DNA of 64,000 nt from Patescibacteria group bacterium (GCA_023484045.1 JAMDAA010000015.1:8659-72658); one strand, 5' to 3'; counted from the first letter of the stretch, positions 1-10,416 are shown. The notes: generated from the sequence alone by a model not told the origin. Program-made: numbers and translations.

Positions 1-4
1 ATAT

Positions 5-739
5 TTATTTTCTTGACATTATGACTTTTTGTTCGCCATAAGCCCCCGGCGCAACCTGGTATTTTGGAAAATAAAAGATTATAGCATTGTCATTAAATGT
101 GAAATTTTTGAAATTATTTGCATTTGCTCCTGCGCCTGAATCGATCATGTCTTTCGGGACGCAATTATCATATGGGCAATTTGGCTGGTTTCGGAATTGT
201 CCTGTTAAATCATTAATCACGAATTCCGATATTTGCTGAGCATAATTAGGGTCGTTTTTAAATAAATCCGAAATAACGACGTCTTTTTTATTTACAATGT
301 CATAATTAAAAGTTTTTATTTCCTGCCGTTCGTTTGCACCACCTTCGAAAGCATTAACTCTTGTAATAAAACTGATATATTGGTTATTTAATTGTTCCGG
401 TGACCAAGTAATAGAGAGTGAATACATTTGTTCGGGAAATTTCGAAATTTCTTCGGGCGTCGAATTCTTCTCCAATAATTTATGATTTTCATCGGTGTTT
501 TTTTTGAACTCGTTTATACTATTGGATACAAAAGTTTTTATTTCCTCATCAAACGATTTTGGTAGAGTTTCAAATTGAGGATATCCTACTGAAATCTTGT
601 AAAGCTTAGTATTTTCTTTTACAAATTTTACTTTAAGTGAAAGCTCTTGGTTGTCCGTAATGTATTTTTGAAAAACAAAATATACTCCGGTTAGAATAAA
701 AAAGATTCCGATCAAAATGAGGATTTTATTGTTTTTCAT
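5..739 (-). CDS. Membrane-anchored protein, DUF4163/DUF3298-like (RsiV-type fold) candidate
   Basis: N-terminal signal-anchor (MKNNKILILIGIFFILTGVYFV). 'ISVGYPQF...' resembles the start of the DUF4163 domain. Identified from memory of the family only. Confidence 0.4.
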   Translation of the reverse strand: MKNNKILILIGIFFILTGVYFVFQKYITDNQELSLKVKFVKENTKLYKISVGYPQFETLPKSFDEEIKTFVSNSINEFKKNTDENHKLLEKNSTPEEISKFPEQMYSLSITWSPEQLNNQYISFITRVNAFEGGANERQEIKTFNYDIVNKKDVVISDLFKNDPNYAQQISEFVINDLTGQFRNQPNCPYDNCVPKDMIDSGAGANANNFKNFTFNDNAIIFYFPKYQVAPGAYGEQKVIMSRK

Positions 740-837
740 AAAATATCACTATATTTACATTAGCACAAATGTCCCCAAATTTAAATTATGTTTACAAAAG
801 GTATTTACTATTCTATGATTAGGTTAGCTTTTTTAGA

Positions 838-1926
838 ATGAATTTAGTTAATTATCTATCGGGGAAAAGACGCGTTTTATCGAATCAATATTTTATTCGT
901 GTGATCGACTTCGAAAGCATATTCGAAAGTTTTTTTGTTTCGGCTATTATCGCAATTTTAGGTATTAGAATATTTTTGCAACTTACCAATTATCCAAAGC
1001 TCGGCGGCGGAGGATTCCATATTGCGCACATGCTTTGGGGTGGGATGTTTATGCTTTTTGCGATAATTATCCTTCTTATTTTTTTAGGAAGACCGACGAG
1101 GAGAACAGCGGCAATTTTAGGAGGTTTGGGCTTTGGTGCTTTTATCGACGAGCTCGGAAAATTTATAACAAGCGACAATAATTATTTTTTTCAACCGACA
1201 TTCTCTTTAATTTATTTAATTTTTGTTATTTTATATGTCACTTTTTATTCATTCAGAAAATATTGGGATTTTTCTAAAAAAGAGTATCTCATAAACAGTC
1301 TGGAGTATATAAAAGAAGCAATAATGACAGACTTAAATAAAGAAGAAAAAAGACTCGCGATGCATTATTTGTCGCATTCTGACCAGAATAATCAGATTAC
1401 GATAACGCTTAAAGATTTATATAAAAAATTAGACACGATTCCAGAATCAGAACCGAACATCATTACTCGGATCAAAAAATTTCTGACTGATTTTTATTTG
1501 AACTTAGTACAAAAAAAATTATTCAAAATCGGGGTAAATGTATTTTTTATTGTTAAGTTTATTTTAAGTATCTTATTGGTTATATCGTCTCTTTCAGCCT
1601 TGATTCAGGTTTTTATCCTGCAAGGAATTACGATTAAGGAAATATATGGCAGTACAATTGAAATCCTAGATCTTTTCGCGAGTTCTGTTGCGGGTGTTTT
1701 TATAATAATAGGCGTTATAAAAATGCGCCGATCTCGACTCGAGGCGTATAAGATGTTCAAAAAAAGTGTGTATATCTCAATTTTTTTAGTTCAGGTTTTT
1801 TCTTTTTATCAGGAACAATTGAGCGCTTTTTTGGGACTTATTTTTAATATTTTAATTCTTATTGCGTTAAATAGTATGATTGATCAGGAAAGAGCAATTC
1901 TCCACAAAAATCAAGAAGAGGATTGA
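838..1926 (+). CDS. Polytopic membrane protein, unknown function
   Basis: 362-aa ORF with multiple hydrophobic segments. Composition is normal for this genome. No recognisable motif. Confidence 0.5.
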   Translation: MNLVNYLSGKRRVLSNQYFIRVIDFESIFESFFVSAIIAILGIRIFLQLTNYPKLGGGGFHIAHMLWGGMFMLFAIIILLIFLGRPTRRTAAILGGLGFGAFIDELGKFITSDNNYFFQPTFSLIYLIFVILYVTFYSFRKYWDFSKKEYLINSLEYIKEAIMTDLNKEEKRLAMHYLSHSDQNNQITITLKDLYKKLDTIPESEPNIITRIKKFLTDFYLNLVQKKLFKIGVNVFFIVKFILSILLVISSLSALIQVFILQGITIKEIYGSTIEILDLFASSVAGVFIIIGVIKMRRSRLEAYKMFKKSVYISIFLVQVFSFYQEQLSAFLGLIFNILILIALNSMIDQERAILHKNQEED

Positions 1927-2279
1927 GGATTTTTTTTCTTTCTGATTTTTTCCGCGCGTGAAGCGCCAACAATATCTCTTTCTTGAACGTTTAAACTAAT
2001 GGGTCCATTGGGACAGTCGCCTTTATATATCCTCGCTCGATGGCATGCTTCATAAGCCTGAAGACCTCCATATTTTTCTCCAAGATGTTTTATTACATAC
2101 ATATCAACAGTAGGTGTCCCCAAGGTAGGTCCTCTACGGGTTGGTACTTTAATTCGTCTTCCGTCGGCAATTATTATATGAGTTGCTCTAGATAGTCCTA
2201 AATCTAAGCCAGGAAGTCGATCAATACCTAAATTTTCACAGTTTTTCATGTAAGAGATTATAACAAAAAAGCTCATCAA
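1911..2279 (-). CDS. RlpA-like double-psi beta-barrel (DPBB) domain protein, short/possibly N-truncated
   Basis: 'ADGRRIKVPTRRGPTLGTPTVDMYVIKHLG' parallels the RlpA DPBB core 'NGRSVVVRVNDRGPF..GRIIDLS..AAKKLG'. The N-terminal half of the domain is missing. Confidence 0.35.
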   Translation of the reverse strand: MMSFFVIISYMKNCENLGIDRLPGLDLGLSRATHIIIADGRRIKVPTRRGPTLGTPTVDMYVIKHLGEKYGGLQAYEACHRARIYKGDCPNGPISLNVQERDIVGASRAEKIRKKKNPQSSS

Positions 2280-2384
2280 TTACAAACTATAGGTCGTGTA
2301 GATTCTAATTTTGTGATCATAAAAACTAAAGCCGATTATTTCTAGCTGAAACAAAAAAATAGAAAATCTGCTATAATAGTACCA

Positions 2385-2822
2385 ATGCATAAAAAGTTTT
2401 ATGCAAGCGGATTTTTTTATCACCCGCCTACACAGCAAATTCTCTTGCAACAAAAAAAGTCTGTAGTCAATTCATCGCCCGCATGGTCAATGTTCGGAGA
2501 TAGCTGTTCTTGTGAAGAAAGCGCCGCGATAACATTTCAACGTATTATTCATAAATTATTAAAAATAAAAATAAAACCCGATTTTATTCATCCGATATAT
2601 ACATATTTTTATAAAGATATAGGTAAGAATAATGTCGTTTTTTACGCAGAAGTGGAAGAGACAAAAAAATTTTCATCAAAAAAAGGTGTATTTACTTGGT
2701 TCACATTTAAACAAATACTTAAACTGCAATTAACAGATCAGATAAAACAAGACCTTATCGTCGGTCAACGCGTTATCGATGCGGGAATACGAAAGGGTCT
2801 CGGCCTCAAAACACTAGAGTAG
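2385..2822 (+). CDS. Nudix-fold protein with degenerate Nudix box (likely catalytically inactive)
   Basis: 'FGDSCSCEESAAITFQRIIHKLLKI' aligns with the Nudix box GX5EX7REUXEEXGU, but the REx2EE glutamates are replaced. Confidence 0.4.
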   Translation: MHKKFYASGFFYHPPTQQILLQQKKSVVNSSPAWSMFGDSCSCEESAAITFQRIIHKLLKIKIKPDFIHPIYTYFYKDIGKNNVVFYAEVEETKKFSSKKGVFTWFTFKQILKLQLTDQIKQDLIVGQRVIDAGIRKGLGLKTLE

Positions 2823-3034
2823 TAAATATTATTGGATTATTCCTTCTTCGATCGCTTTTCAATATTATAAATGTTATTTATAATTAAATACTGCAATAAA
2901 CCATAAATATTTATATTATTTTATTATCATTGCTTTCAGTTGGATTTATTGTGAGCATAACGCGTTACGGCTTAAGAAGTTTTAGTAATCCTGTTTTAAT
3001 GATATTCGGCTTATCAAATTCTTATTTTTAGGGA

Positions 3035-3490
3035 TTGTTTACAAATGGAGTCCTTTACGCGATAAGTGTTTTCGGAATATATTTTATCGCAAGTAACTAT
3101 TTAAGTAAATTAGCCTCATTCTTTGCTGCATTTATTTTTATCTTTTATGGTTGGACTCTTTTTTACACTCATTTTACTTATTCGGAAACAGCGACTTCAG
3201 TATTTTGTATTTGGACAATTTTATTTTTAATTAAATCCGATTGTTTTCAAAAGAGAAAATATGCGATTCTTTTTGGTCTTTTTTTTGGTTTTGGACTTTT
3301 AACACGGTGGATAACAATAGTTTTTGTTTTGGGACCATTAATTTATGTTTTTTATCAGTTTTTGAAGAAACGTTTGTTCAAAAAAAGGCCTGTTTTATTA
3401 AATATTTTATTTTCATTTTTGATTGTTTTGTTGTTGTCGGCATATCCCTATTATCTTAATTCTTATTGGGTATTTTTTATTTTATTTTAA
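3035..3490 (+). CDS. Membrane protein fragment resembling an internal TM region of GT-C (PMT_2/ArnT-like) glycosyltransferases; possible gene remnant
   Basis: 151-aa all-TM ORF. It lacks the N-terminal DE-containing loop and the C-terminal domain seen in the full-length GT-C paralogs of this window. It sits between AT-rich non-coding stretches. Confidence 0.3.
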   Translation: MFTNGVLYAISVFGIYFIASNYLSKLASFFAAFIFIFYGWTLFYTHFTYSETATSVFCIWTILFLIKSDCFQKRKYAILFGLFFGFGLLTRWITIVFVLGPLIYVFYQFLKKRLFKKRPVLLNILFSFLIVLLLSAYPYYLNSYWVFFILF

Positions 3491-3690
3491 TAATTATAGG
3501 GTTTATTTTAGGCTTCAGAAAAAAAAGAATGTGGACAGTGAGGAGTTAGAAAGATTAAGATTAAAATTTGTTAATCTCTTAAAAGATACGGATAAATAGT
3601 GCCGGGCCTTTTTCTGCAAGAAACTCTTAGAAAGAAATCATCATTTATAATTTATTTGCTTTTTTTAGGGACAATGATTAGTATAGGCGC

Positions 3691-4239
3691 ATGCGGAAAA
3701 TAAGGATATTATTTTTTTTCCTGACTTTTTTATTTTTTGGCTTAGTTATCTTTGTGTACACTTTATCTTCTCAAACAAAAATGGCGGGTTTGAATAAATT
3801 GGCAGATGTTAAGGTTCCGACACCGACTACAGCTCCGACGTTTACGCCTTCTCCTACGCCTTCTCCGACACCCATTCCGACTTCAACCCCAACCCAAACG
3901 CCAACGCCAGAGCTGACCTCAATTCCGACTCCGACAATAATTATTATCGCGTCCCCAGAACTCGACACGCTTTTTACAAAATACGCAAATGAATACAGTA
4001 TCGATAAAGAATTGCTTAAGAGGATTGCGAATTGCGAATCGACTCTCAACCCAAACGCGAGTACTAAATATTACGCGGGGCTTTTTCAATTTTCAGAAAG
4101 CTTGTGGATTCAGACAAGAACTCTTATAGGGAAAGACCCCGACGTAAATCTCCGTTACAATCCAGAAGAGGCGATCAGAACAGCCGCTTTTATGGTTTCA
4201 CAAGGTCGATTAGGAATTTGGCCAAATTGCGGGAGATAA
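3691..4239 (+). CDS. Rpf-like transglycosylase domain protein (TM anchor + Pro/Thr linker + transglycosylase-like domain)
   Basis: C-terminus 'CESTLNPNASTKYYAGLFQFSESLW' matches the Transglycosylase-like/Rpf motif 'CESGGN....GYYGLFQFSQSTW'. N-terminal TM, then a PTPTPS-rich linker. Confidence 0.7.
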   Translation: MRKIRILFFFLTFLFFGLVIFVYTLSSQTKMAGLNKLADVKVPTPTTAPTFTPSPTPSPTPIPTSTPTQTPTPELTSIPTPTIIIIASPELDTLFTKYANEYSIDKELLKRIANCESTLNPNASTKYYAGLFQFSESLWIQTRTLIGKDPDVNLRYNPEEAIRTAAFMVSQGRLGIWPNCGR

Positions 4240-4283
4240 AACAGCAACCCGACGGATAATAGCTTTCTTATATTAGATATATT

Positions 4284-5039
4284 TTAACGCCAACCACATA
4301 TCTTTGCTAGTAAATTTTCTGCAACGGATACCTCTTGAATAATTTTTGAAGGTTGTATTTCGGGAAACTTTTTAGCCGCCCAAAACCGACAGATTTCACT
4401 AAGAGCAAGGTTTGATAATCTTGATCTTATTTCTGATCTTATTGCATCTACGCTCTCAGATTCTTCGATTCCTGGTTTTCTTCCGCTTTTTGTATATTCC
4501 CCATTTTCTAATAAGTCATCAATTAATTGTTTAGACATTATTTGCCTTTGATCTAAATATTTTTCAGGAAGATAAAATTCTTCTGGATGTGTTGATTGTC
4601 TGTCTAAGTTCTCACTTCCGAGTCTCGTTACAGAAGATTCTTGAGCAACAGATTCGGGAATATCAACGTAGTAAGTCATTCCTCCATTCACGCCATAACA
4701 GTTAGCGGCAATATAAAGATACGGAGTCCACCATCTTCCGGCCCCTGGAGCTATCTTACTAAATTTTGCAAACTCTTTTCTATCTCTTTCGCCCCGAAAT
4801 AGTCTTACAAAGTCCTCTCCTGTTTTAGGTAACCCTGAATATTCTCTTGTAGGATATGGGGTAAAAAATTTATCAAAAAGAATGTTTAAATCATCGTTTG
4901 AAAACTCTTCCAAACCATGACAATCTCTCACTTCGTCTAGAATATTATTATCATTCTCTGGTAACTGACGCCATTTATCGTGTTCGGTAGAAAACAATTT
5001 TTTCTCTTCTTTTGTTTCTTTTTCAGAAAAGTCTTCCAC
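4284..5039 (-). CDS. Hypothetical cytoplasmic protein
   Basis: 251-aa ORF, acidic/charged, no TM segment. No recognisable motif. Confidence 0.5.
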   Translation of the reverse strand: MEDFSEKETKEEKKLFSTEHDKWRQLPENDNNILDEVRDCHGLEEFSNDDLNILFDKFFTPYPTREYSGLPKTGEDFVRLFRGERDRKEFAKFSKIAPGAGRWWTPYLYIAANCYGVNGGMTYYVDIPESVAQESSVTRLGSENLDRQSTHPEEFYLPEKYLDQRQIMSKQLIDDLLENGEYTKSGRKPGIEESESVDAIRSEIRSRLSNLALSEICRFWAAKKFPEIQPSKIIQEVSVAENLLAKICGWR

Positions 5040-5181
5040 TAGCAGATAATAGCAAATAAAAACCTTTTAGAGAACAAGGTTATTGTTCTAAGTTTTGAAT
5101 GTGTAATTTACTCCAGTATAATATAAAGGTATTTTTTCTATAAGGCCAATAAAATACTTGGGGGTAAAATTTTTAAAAAAA

Positions 5182-6984
5182 TTATTGGGGCAAACAATTA
5201 CAGCTTTTTTCTGATGTACAATCGGGGTTACGACACACGCTAGACCCTAAACCTTCTCCGGATACACAAGTTAAATTTCCATCACATTCATATCCGTTGC
5301 TGCCGCAAGTCTGGTTGCAGTAAGCAATTTTTGGTGTCGGAGTCGGAGCAGCTGTCGGTAAGGGCGTGGCAGTCGGCGTTGGTTGGGGAGTTGAAGTAGG
5401 CGCGGGACGACAATTCTGCTGACATTGGGTGAGCCCCGTGTTATTAAAAGGATAAGGAGGATTATTTTGTGTCGTAAGTTCACACGTATAAGATGATGTG
5501 TTGCATACATATCCTGTGTACGCAGGTCCGCCTCCACAGGAAAAAGGTGTTGACTGAGAAAAATTTGAAAAATTAGAATCATCACTGCAATTCATGCAGA
5601 GTGAATACGCGTATTGCGCGTAATACGATCTGTTGCCATCGATTTGCACCGTTATTTGGGGGTTGTTCGCCTGAATTTTACTATTATACATATCTGCAGT
5701 CGCCGCGCTTCTTCCGACCTGAATCCAATAATTACCCGCCGTTGATTGTCTGGGAAACGAAATAACCGCGTTATATTGGTTGTTTCCAAGACTATTACAT
5801 GCGTTTACAATAACATTTCCGCTCGGAGTGGGAATAAATACGCCGGTATTAAGAGTAAAATTAATATTTTGGGCGGGGACTGTAATAATTTGGGATTGTG
5901 TCGATGCAGTATTTTGTTGATTAACTTGCAAAACTCCTGTTATTTCGTACTGTTTTCCGACTGTTAAATTATTCCAGCTCCATGGTTGGCCATTGTGTGA
6001 AGGGTTATTAATACGGGTAATAACATTATAATTTTGGTTTCCGGGCAACCTCCATAACATAAGCAAGCTCGTATTTTCCTGTTCCGGTCCGTTAATAAAT
6101 ACTGTTCCAGTAATGTTTCCTGTTGTTTGTTGGGGAACAGGAGTAGGATTATTAGGAGAGGGAGATACAGGAGGATTAGCGGGCGGAACGGCTGTAGAAT
6201 TGAGGATAAAATCGATTTTACTATCTCCTCCGGCCGCAGTCACAGTCTCACTTGTCGCGAGTGTGATTACTCCCTGCATCAAAACCGCTTTGATCATATA
6301 ATCTTTTAACGGTACTGTTTTGTCCCATTTCCATCCGTTTTTTTGGCCGGCATTTGTTGTCGTTACGACTGTTTGAAAATCCTGATCGGTCGGTAATCTT
6401 GCCTGAATAAAAAGCGTGTTTTGTGGAGGGATATATCCGTTTATCGTAACAGTGCCCTTAATATAAGTTGTTTGTTCTATAACGACAGATTCAGGTAAAT
6501 CGTGCCAGGTCACGTGTAGATTTAGCTCTTGATTCGCGGCAGGCGCGGTAACGATAAGCGGTTCTGATGTTGTAACCAATTTTCCGTCGACTTGTAAACT
6601 TGCGATCATCTCATACGGCTGTCCAGAAACAGCGTCATTCCACGCCCATGGAGATTTTTCCGCCAAACCAGACGCGTATACAATAATATAATCTCCCGTA
6701 CTTTTATATTTGCGGTATTTTATTTGTACCTGCCCTCTGTCTCCCGGGTCGGGTTTTAATGCAGTGTAGTTAATGACTCCCGCGATCGTCGCGGCGCGGG
6801 ATTTACCGGTCAGGAAAAAAAGCAAAATAAATAAAACGATCAGTGCTCCGATTCCTGCGGCGATATATATAAACAATTTTGATTTTAGAAATGCAATTTT
6901 TTCTTGAGAGGGTGGATTTTCGATGCCTTGAGGAGGTAAACTTGGAGTACTTTGATTGTTTTGATTTTGAATTACCTGGCCCAT
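5182..6984 (-). CDS. Large surface protein: N-in TM anchor, three tandem ~100-aa repeats, Pro/Thr linker, Cys-rich C-terminal module
   Basis: Three repeats share W-x-W-[ND] ... G-[QK]-x-Y-[EM]-I ... L-Q-V (SPWAWND..QPYEMIASLQV / NGWKWDK..KDYMIKAVLMQ / QPWSWNN..KQYEITGVLQV). The C-terminus has more than 15 Cys (CNQTCGSNGYECDGNLTCVSGEG..CRNPDCTSEKSCNC). Confidence 0.6.
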   Translation of the reverse strand: MGQVIQNQNNQSTPSLPPQGIENPPSQEKIAFLKSKLFIYIAAGIGALIVLFILLFFLTGKSRAATIAGVINYTALKPDPGDRGQVQIKYRKYKSTGDYIIVYASGLAEKSPWAWNDAVSGQPYEMIASLQVDGKLVTTSEPLIVTAPAANQELNLHVTWHDLPESVVIEQTTYIKGTVTINGYIPPQNTLFIQARLPTDQDFQTVVTTTNAGQKNGWKWDKTVPLKDYMIKAVLMQGVITLATSETVTAAGGDSKIDFILNSTAVPPANPPVSPSPNNPTPVPQQTTGNITGTVFINGPEQENTSLLMLWRLPGNQNYNVITRINNPSHNGQPWSWNNLTVGKQYEITGVLQVNQQNTASTQSQIITVPAQNINFTLNTGVFIPTPSGNVIVNACNSLGNNQYNAVISFPRQSTAGNYWIQVGRSAATADMYNSKIQANNPQITVQIDGNRSYYAQYAYSLCMNCSDDSNFSNFSQSTPFSCGGGPAYTGYVCNTSSYTCELTTQNNPPYPFNNTGLTQCQQNCRPAPTSTPQPTPTATPLPTAAPTPTPKIAYCNQTCGSNGYECDGNLTCVSGEGLGSSVCRNPDCTSEKSCNCLPQ

Positions 6985-7074
6985 ATATTTATACTAAACT
7001 AGTATAGGAAAAAGTCAAGAACATCTGGAAAATTAATAAGTAAAGCGTTTGATATAATATTTTTAATTATCACT

Positions 7075-7728
7075 ATGTTTGAAACCTTAAGTTCAATTCT
7101 TCCTCTCGATATCGCATCTACCCTCAGTCCTTTAATTTTTGCCATAACGATTGTCCTTCTTTCCGACGAATCCCATAGAAAAGCAAAACTCACGGCATTT
7201 TTTATCGGATCTTTGATCGTCGGTATTATAATTACATCGATCGGTTTTAATCTCGGTCAAAAAACTTTGGCAGGAGGAAAGCAGAGCAATATCTCTTCAA
7301 TAGCAGATTTAATAATCGGTGTATTCTTTATTTTTTTCGCGATAAAATCTCTTCTTTCAAAAGAAAGAAAAGTTCATATTCAAGATTATCAACAAGGCAG
7401 AAAAATATTAAAATGGTTTGGTATCGGAATAATCGTAAACGCGACAAATTTTGACGCGCTTTTTTTAAATCTTACCGCAGCCAAAGAAGTTGGTATAGCA
7501 GGATTATCTTTAACAGTAAAAACTTTTTTTCTTTGTCTGAATTTATTATTTTTTACTCTTCCCATATCTTTTCCGATAGTTTTATATATTATTTTTCCTG
7601 TTGTTGCGACCAGAATCTTAGCAAGAATAAATCGCTTTCTGTTTAAATATTGTAAATATATAATCGCAGTAATGTTTATTCTTTTGGCAATAATCTTTTT
7701 AGAACGGGGACTTGTTTTTTTCTTGTAA
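7075..7728 (+). CDS. GAP-family (DUF2910-like) membrane protein
   Basis: Multi-TM. The N-terminal region 'ASTLSPLIFAITIVLLSDESHRKAKLTAFFIGSLIVGIIITSIG' is paralogous to the ORF at 10417..11082 ('AVALSPMPIAALILILLSSKAKANSISFLLGWFLGIIVNVTIFS'). Confidence 0.45.
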   Translation: MFETLSSILPLDIASTLSPLIFAITIVLLSDESHRKAKLTAFFIGSLIVGIIITSIGFNLGQKTLAGGKQSNISSIADLIIGVFFIFFAIKSLLSKERKVHIQDYQQGRKILKWFGIGIIVNATNFDALFLNLTAAKEVGIAGLSLTVKTFFLCLNLLFFTLPISFPIVLYIIFPVVATRILARINRFLFKYCKYIIAVMFILLAIIFLERGLVFFL

Positions 7729-7751
7729 TTTATTACACTAAAATATAGATT

Positions 7752-8693
7752 GTGTTTAGTCGTCATTATTTAAAAGTTGATATTTGGTTTTTAAGATCCG
7801 CGTTGGCTTGGGTTTTGCTCGTTATCGCTTTATTGATGGTTCCGGTATCGGTAATTTTTTTCTGGTTAAGATTTACGATTTTAAATACCGATCAATTTGT
7901 CAAAACTTTAAGCCCGATCAGTAAAAATGTCTACATTATAGGATCTTTGTCTAATAATTTAAGTAAAAATTTTTTTCAGAATATCGACGCTGAAGGAAAA
8001 ATCAGAGAAGCTCTTCCCGATAAGGCTAAATTTTTAGCCCCGGTATTAACGTTGGAACTTAAAGGCTTTGTCGCAGAGGAAAGCAGGGTTATTTTGACGT
8101 CAAACGCTTTTAATAATGTTTGGACGAAAGTGTTAAAGACTGTTCACCCTAAAATTATTAATATTCTAACCGGCCGGGGGGATTTGAACGTTAATAATCA
8201 AGGAGAAGTAGTTTTGGATTTCTCAGATGCTGTTAGCAGGCTTCAAAAAACCCTTAATAATAAAGGGGTCACAATTTTTAACAATATTTCGATCGAACCG
8301 CAAGTGACTCTTTTTAAATCGGGGAAATTAGCCTATTTTAAAAGCATTCTTAATTTTATTTCTGTTCTCGGGATCGCTTTGCCTGTAATAGGGGTTTTAT
8401 TAATCATCGGCGCAATTTTTTCTTCTCTGAAACGTCTACAGTTTCTGTTTTGGGTTGGTATCGGGATATTAGTTTTTTCAGCGATTCTATTTTTTATAAT
8501 TCAAATCGGAGAAAGTTATTTTGTGAAAATGACAGGAGAGATCGACGCTAAAGCTGCAGGGGCGTTATATCAGATATTGACAGATTCTCTTAAAAAACTG
8601 TCGATCGAAATTAGTATTTCCGGTTTAATTATCGCCTTAGCTTCAAAATTTCTACCAAACAACCGGTTTATAAAAAGGTACTTGACAAAGTAA
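7752..8693 (+). CDS. Membrane protein (N-terminal TM, large extracytoplasmic region, C-terminal TMs), unknown
   Basis: 313-aa ORF co-oriented with its neighbours. No recognisable motif. Confidence 0.5.
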   Translation: MFSRHYLKVDIWFLRSALAWVLLVIALLMVPVSVIFFWLRFTILNTDQFVKTLSPISKNVYIIGSLSNNLSKNFFQNIDAEGKIREALPDKAKFLAPVLTLELKGFVAEESRVILTSNAFNNVWTKVLKTVHPKIINILTGRGDLNVNNQGEVVLDFSDAVSRLQKTLNNKGVTIFNNISIEPQVTLFKSGKLAYFKSILNFISVLGIALPVIGVLLIIGAIFSSLKRLQFLFWVGIGILVFSAILFFIIQIGESYFVKMTGEIDAKAAGALYQILTDSLKKLSIEISISGLIIALASKFLPNNRFIKRYLTK

Positions 8694-8718
8694 TTCTATT
8701 AATGTTTTATTATTATAT

Positions 8719-9246
8719 ATGGCAAAAAACCTGTCCAAAAAATCTTCTGACTGGTGGATTTTTTTACTCGAAGGCGTTTTTCAATTAATTTTAGGACTCC
8801 TCCTCCTTTTTTCTACCGACATCACAGTTTTTCTTCTAGTCCAGCTTCTCGGTGTTTACTGGTTGATTAGAGGAATCATTATGATTATCCGGGTTCTAAT
8901 TGGTAAAGAAAGAAATTGGGGTTGGGTAATGCTTGGAGGAATTTTAGGAATCGTTTCCGGTATTATAGTTCTCCGCTATCCGATCTTTTCAAGCTTTATA
9001 ATACTAGAATTCTTGGTTGTTTTGATCGCGTTTGTCGGCATTATTCAGGGAACGATCTCCCTCGTCAGTGGATTTAGAGGCGGAAGTTTTGGCGAGGTAT
9101 TATTGGGAGCCGTGCTTTGGATAATCTGTCTACTTTTACTCTTCAATCCGTTAAGTTCGATAATAGCGCTTCCGGTTGTTATCGGTATACTTTGGATAGT
9201 AAGCGGAGCGATCCTCACGACGATGTCTTTCTATCTCCGAAAATAA
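8719..9246 (+). CDS. HdeD-family (DUF308) membrane protein
   Basis: Repeated 'W..L..GIL.I..GI..L..P' hairpin units typical of DUF308/HdeD. Four to six TM segments. Confidence 0.5.
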   Translation: MAKNLSKKSSDWWIFLLEGVFQLILGLLLLFSTDITVFLLVQLLGVYWLIRGIIMIIRVLIGKERNWGWVMLGGILGIVSGIIVLRYPIFSSFIILEFLVVLIAFVGIIQGTISLVSGFRGGSFGEVLLGAVLWIICLLLLFNPLSSIIALPVVIGILWIVSGAILTTMSFYLRK

Positions 9247-9287
9247 TTTATCCGTTGTTAGTAAAATTGATATAAGTCTGTTTGTAG

Positions 9288-10304
9288 TTAACGAGGTTTT
9301 ATATCAGCAAACCAATCTGTTCGATTAGGGTCCATCTTTATTATTCCCGGTTTTTTTAAATCAAAATCATCGAAGCCTACGCGTATAAAACCGGGATTAT
9401 CGTGCATGCGGACATAATATCGAAGATTAGCGAGATCCGAAATAGTTGTCCATTGGGTGTAATCGCAGATAATTTTTCCTCCCTCTGTGTTTCTTTCGAC
9501 TCCCGATACGAGATCAAAGTCGTTGATAACATGAAGTATAGTGATGATCGTTGAAGATACGTCTTCGGGCTGCGGAAACACAGATTGAGTAAGAACAATT
9601 GCTCTGATGAAGCGCGAAGTAGGTGTAAAATCACCCGGCAAGCCGAGCATTCCCGTACCCTCACCGAGTTGCGAAAAATTAATACCATCGAGAATCTTAC
9701 TAGACGCGTCATTTGGGGAGAGTTTAATATAATTTCTCAAATTTATAAGATGCCAGTCAAACGGAGGGGCGTTTGTGAGAACGCCGAGTGGATTATCATA
9801 GATTTTCAAATTACCGTCGATGTATTCAAAAACGGCTGCATTGCCATTTTTATCTTGAATACTGAAATGGAGTGGCAAAGACATGTTCATCTGCGGTACG
9901 ACTTCCTCCCAGACAAATACCTTTTGGATAATCTCTTTTGCCTCCGAAACCGTTTGAGCGCTACTCAATAAATATATTCCAACATCAATATTTCCGATAG
10001 TTTCGTTATATTGTTCGGGAGAAGGTTTTTGACATTTTGTAAAACCGGGAAGATAAAGTGCGCCAAAGTATAATCCGCATTCATTTATTCCATCAGAAAC
10101 ATTGTCTGCGCCCAATGAGTTAAGTCCTAAAAAGGCATATTTTCCCTGCCAGGTCAAACCATTTTTTCCTTCAGGAGCTCTGCTTGTAAAAGACGTACTT
10201 TGTGGGAAAAAAGTAAGTTGGGATTTTAAATCAAAATATAGATCCATTGTTCTGCCGATTACAACATCATTGCTTTTTGATTTTATGCGAAGATTGGTAC
10301 ACAT
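9288..10304 (-). CDS. Linear amide C-N hydrolase, choloylglycine hydrolase/penicillin V acylase family (Ntn hydrolase)
   Basis: Starts 'MCTNLRIKSKSNDVVIGRTMD': the nucleophile Cys2 directly after Met and the 'GRTMD' motif are hallmarks of the family. Confidence 0.75.
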   Translation of the reverse strand: MCTNLRIKSKSNDVVIGRTMDLYFDLKSQLTFFPQSTSFTSRAPEGKNGLTWQGKYAFLGLNSLGADNVSDGINECGLYFGALYLPGFTKCQKPSPEQYNETIGNIDVGIYLLSSAQTVSEAKEIIQKVFVWEEVVPQMNMSLPLHFSIQDKNGNAAVFEYIDGNLKIYDNPLGVLTNAPPFDWHLINLRNYIKLSPNDASSKILDGINFSQLGEGTGMLGLPGDFTPTSRFIRAIVLTQSVFPQPEDVSSTIITILHVINDFDLVSGVERNTEGGKIICDYTQWTTISDLANLRYYVRMHDNPGFIRVGFDDFDLKKPGIIKMDPNRTDWFADIKPR

Positions 10305-10416
10305 ATAATAATTCTACAAAACGGAAAAATAAAAAACAAGGAGTATTGTAATAAACCATAACATTCTCAGCTTGTGATTGACTTACGTCTTAAAATACTT
10401 CTTAATAAATATAGAC

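Noticed and set aside
990-1178. Short antisense ORFs nested in larger genes (for example 990..1178, 3771..4049, 5271..5585, 6113..6309, 9377..9971, 34581..34829, 49259..50475).
   Set aside because: Each lies inside a longer ORF with clear homology or coherent membrane/surface-protein features. Several are simply the reverse reading of Pro/Thr/Gly-rich linkers. They are treated as spurious.
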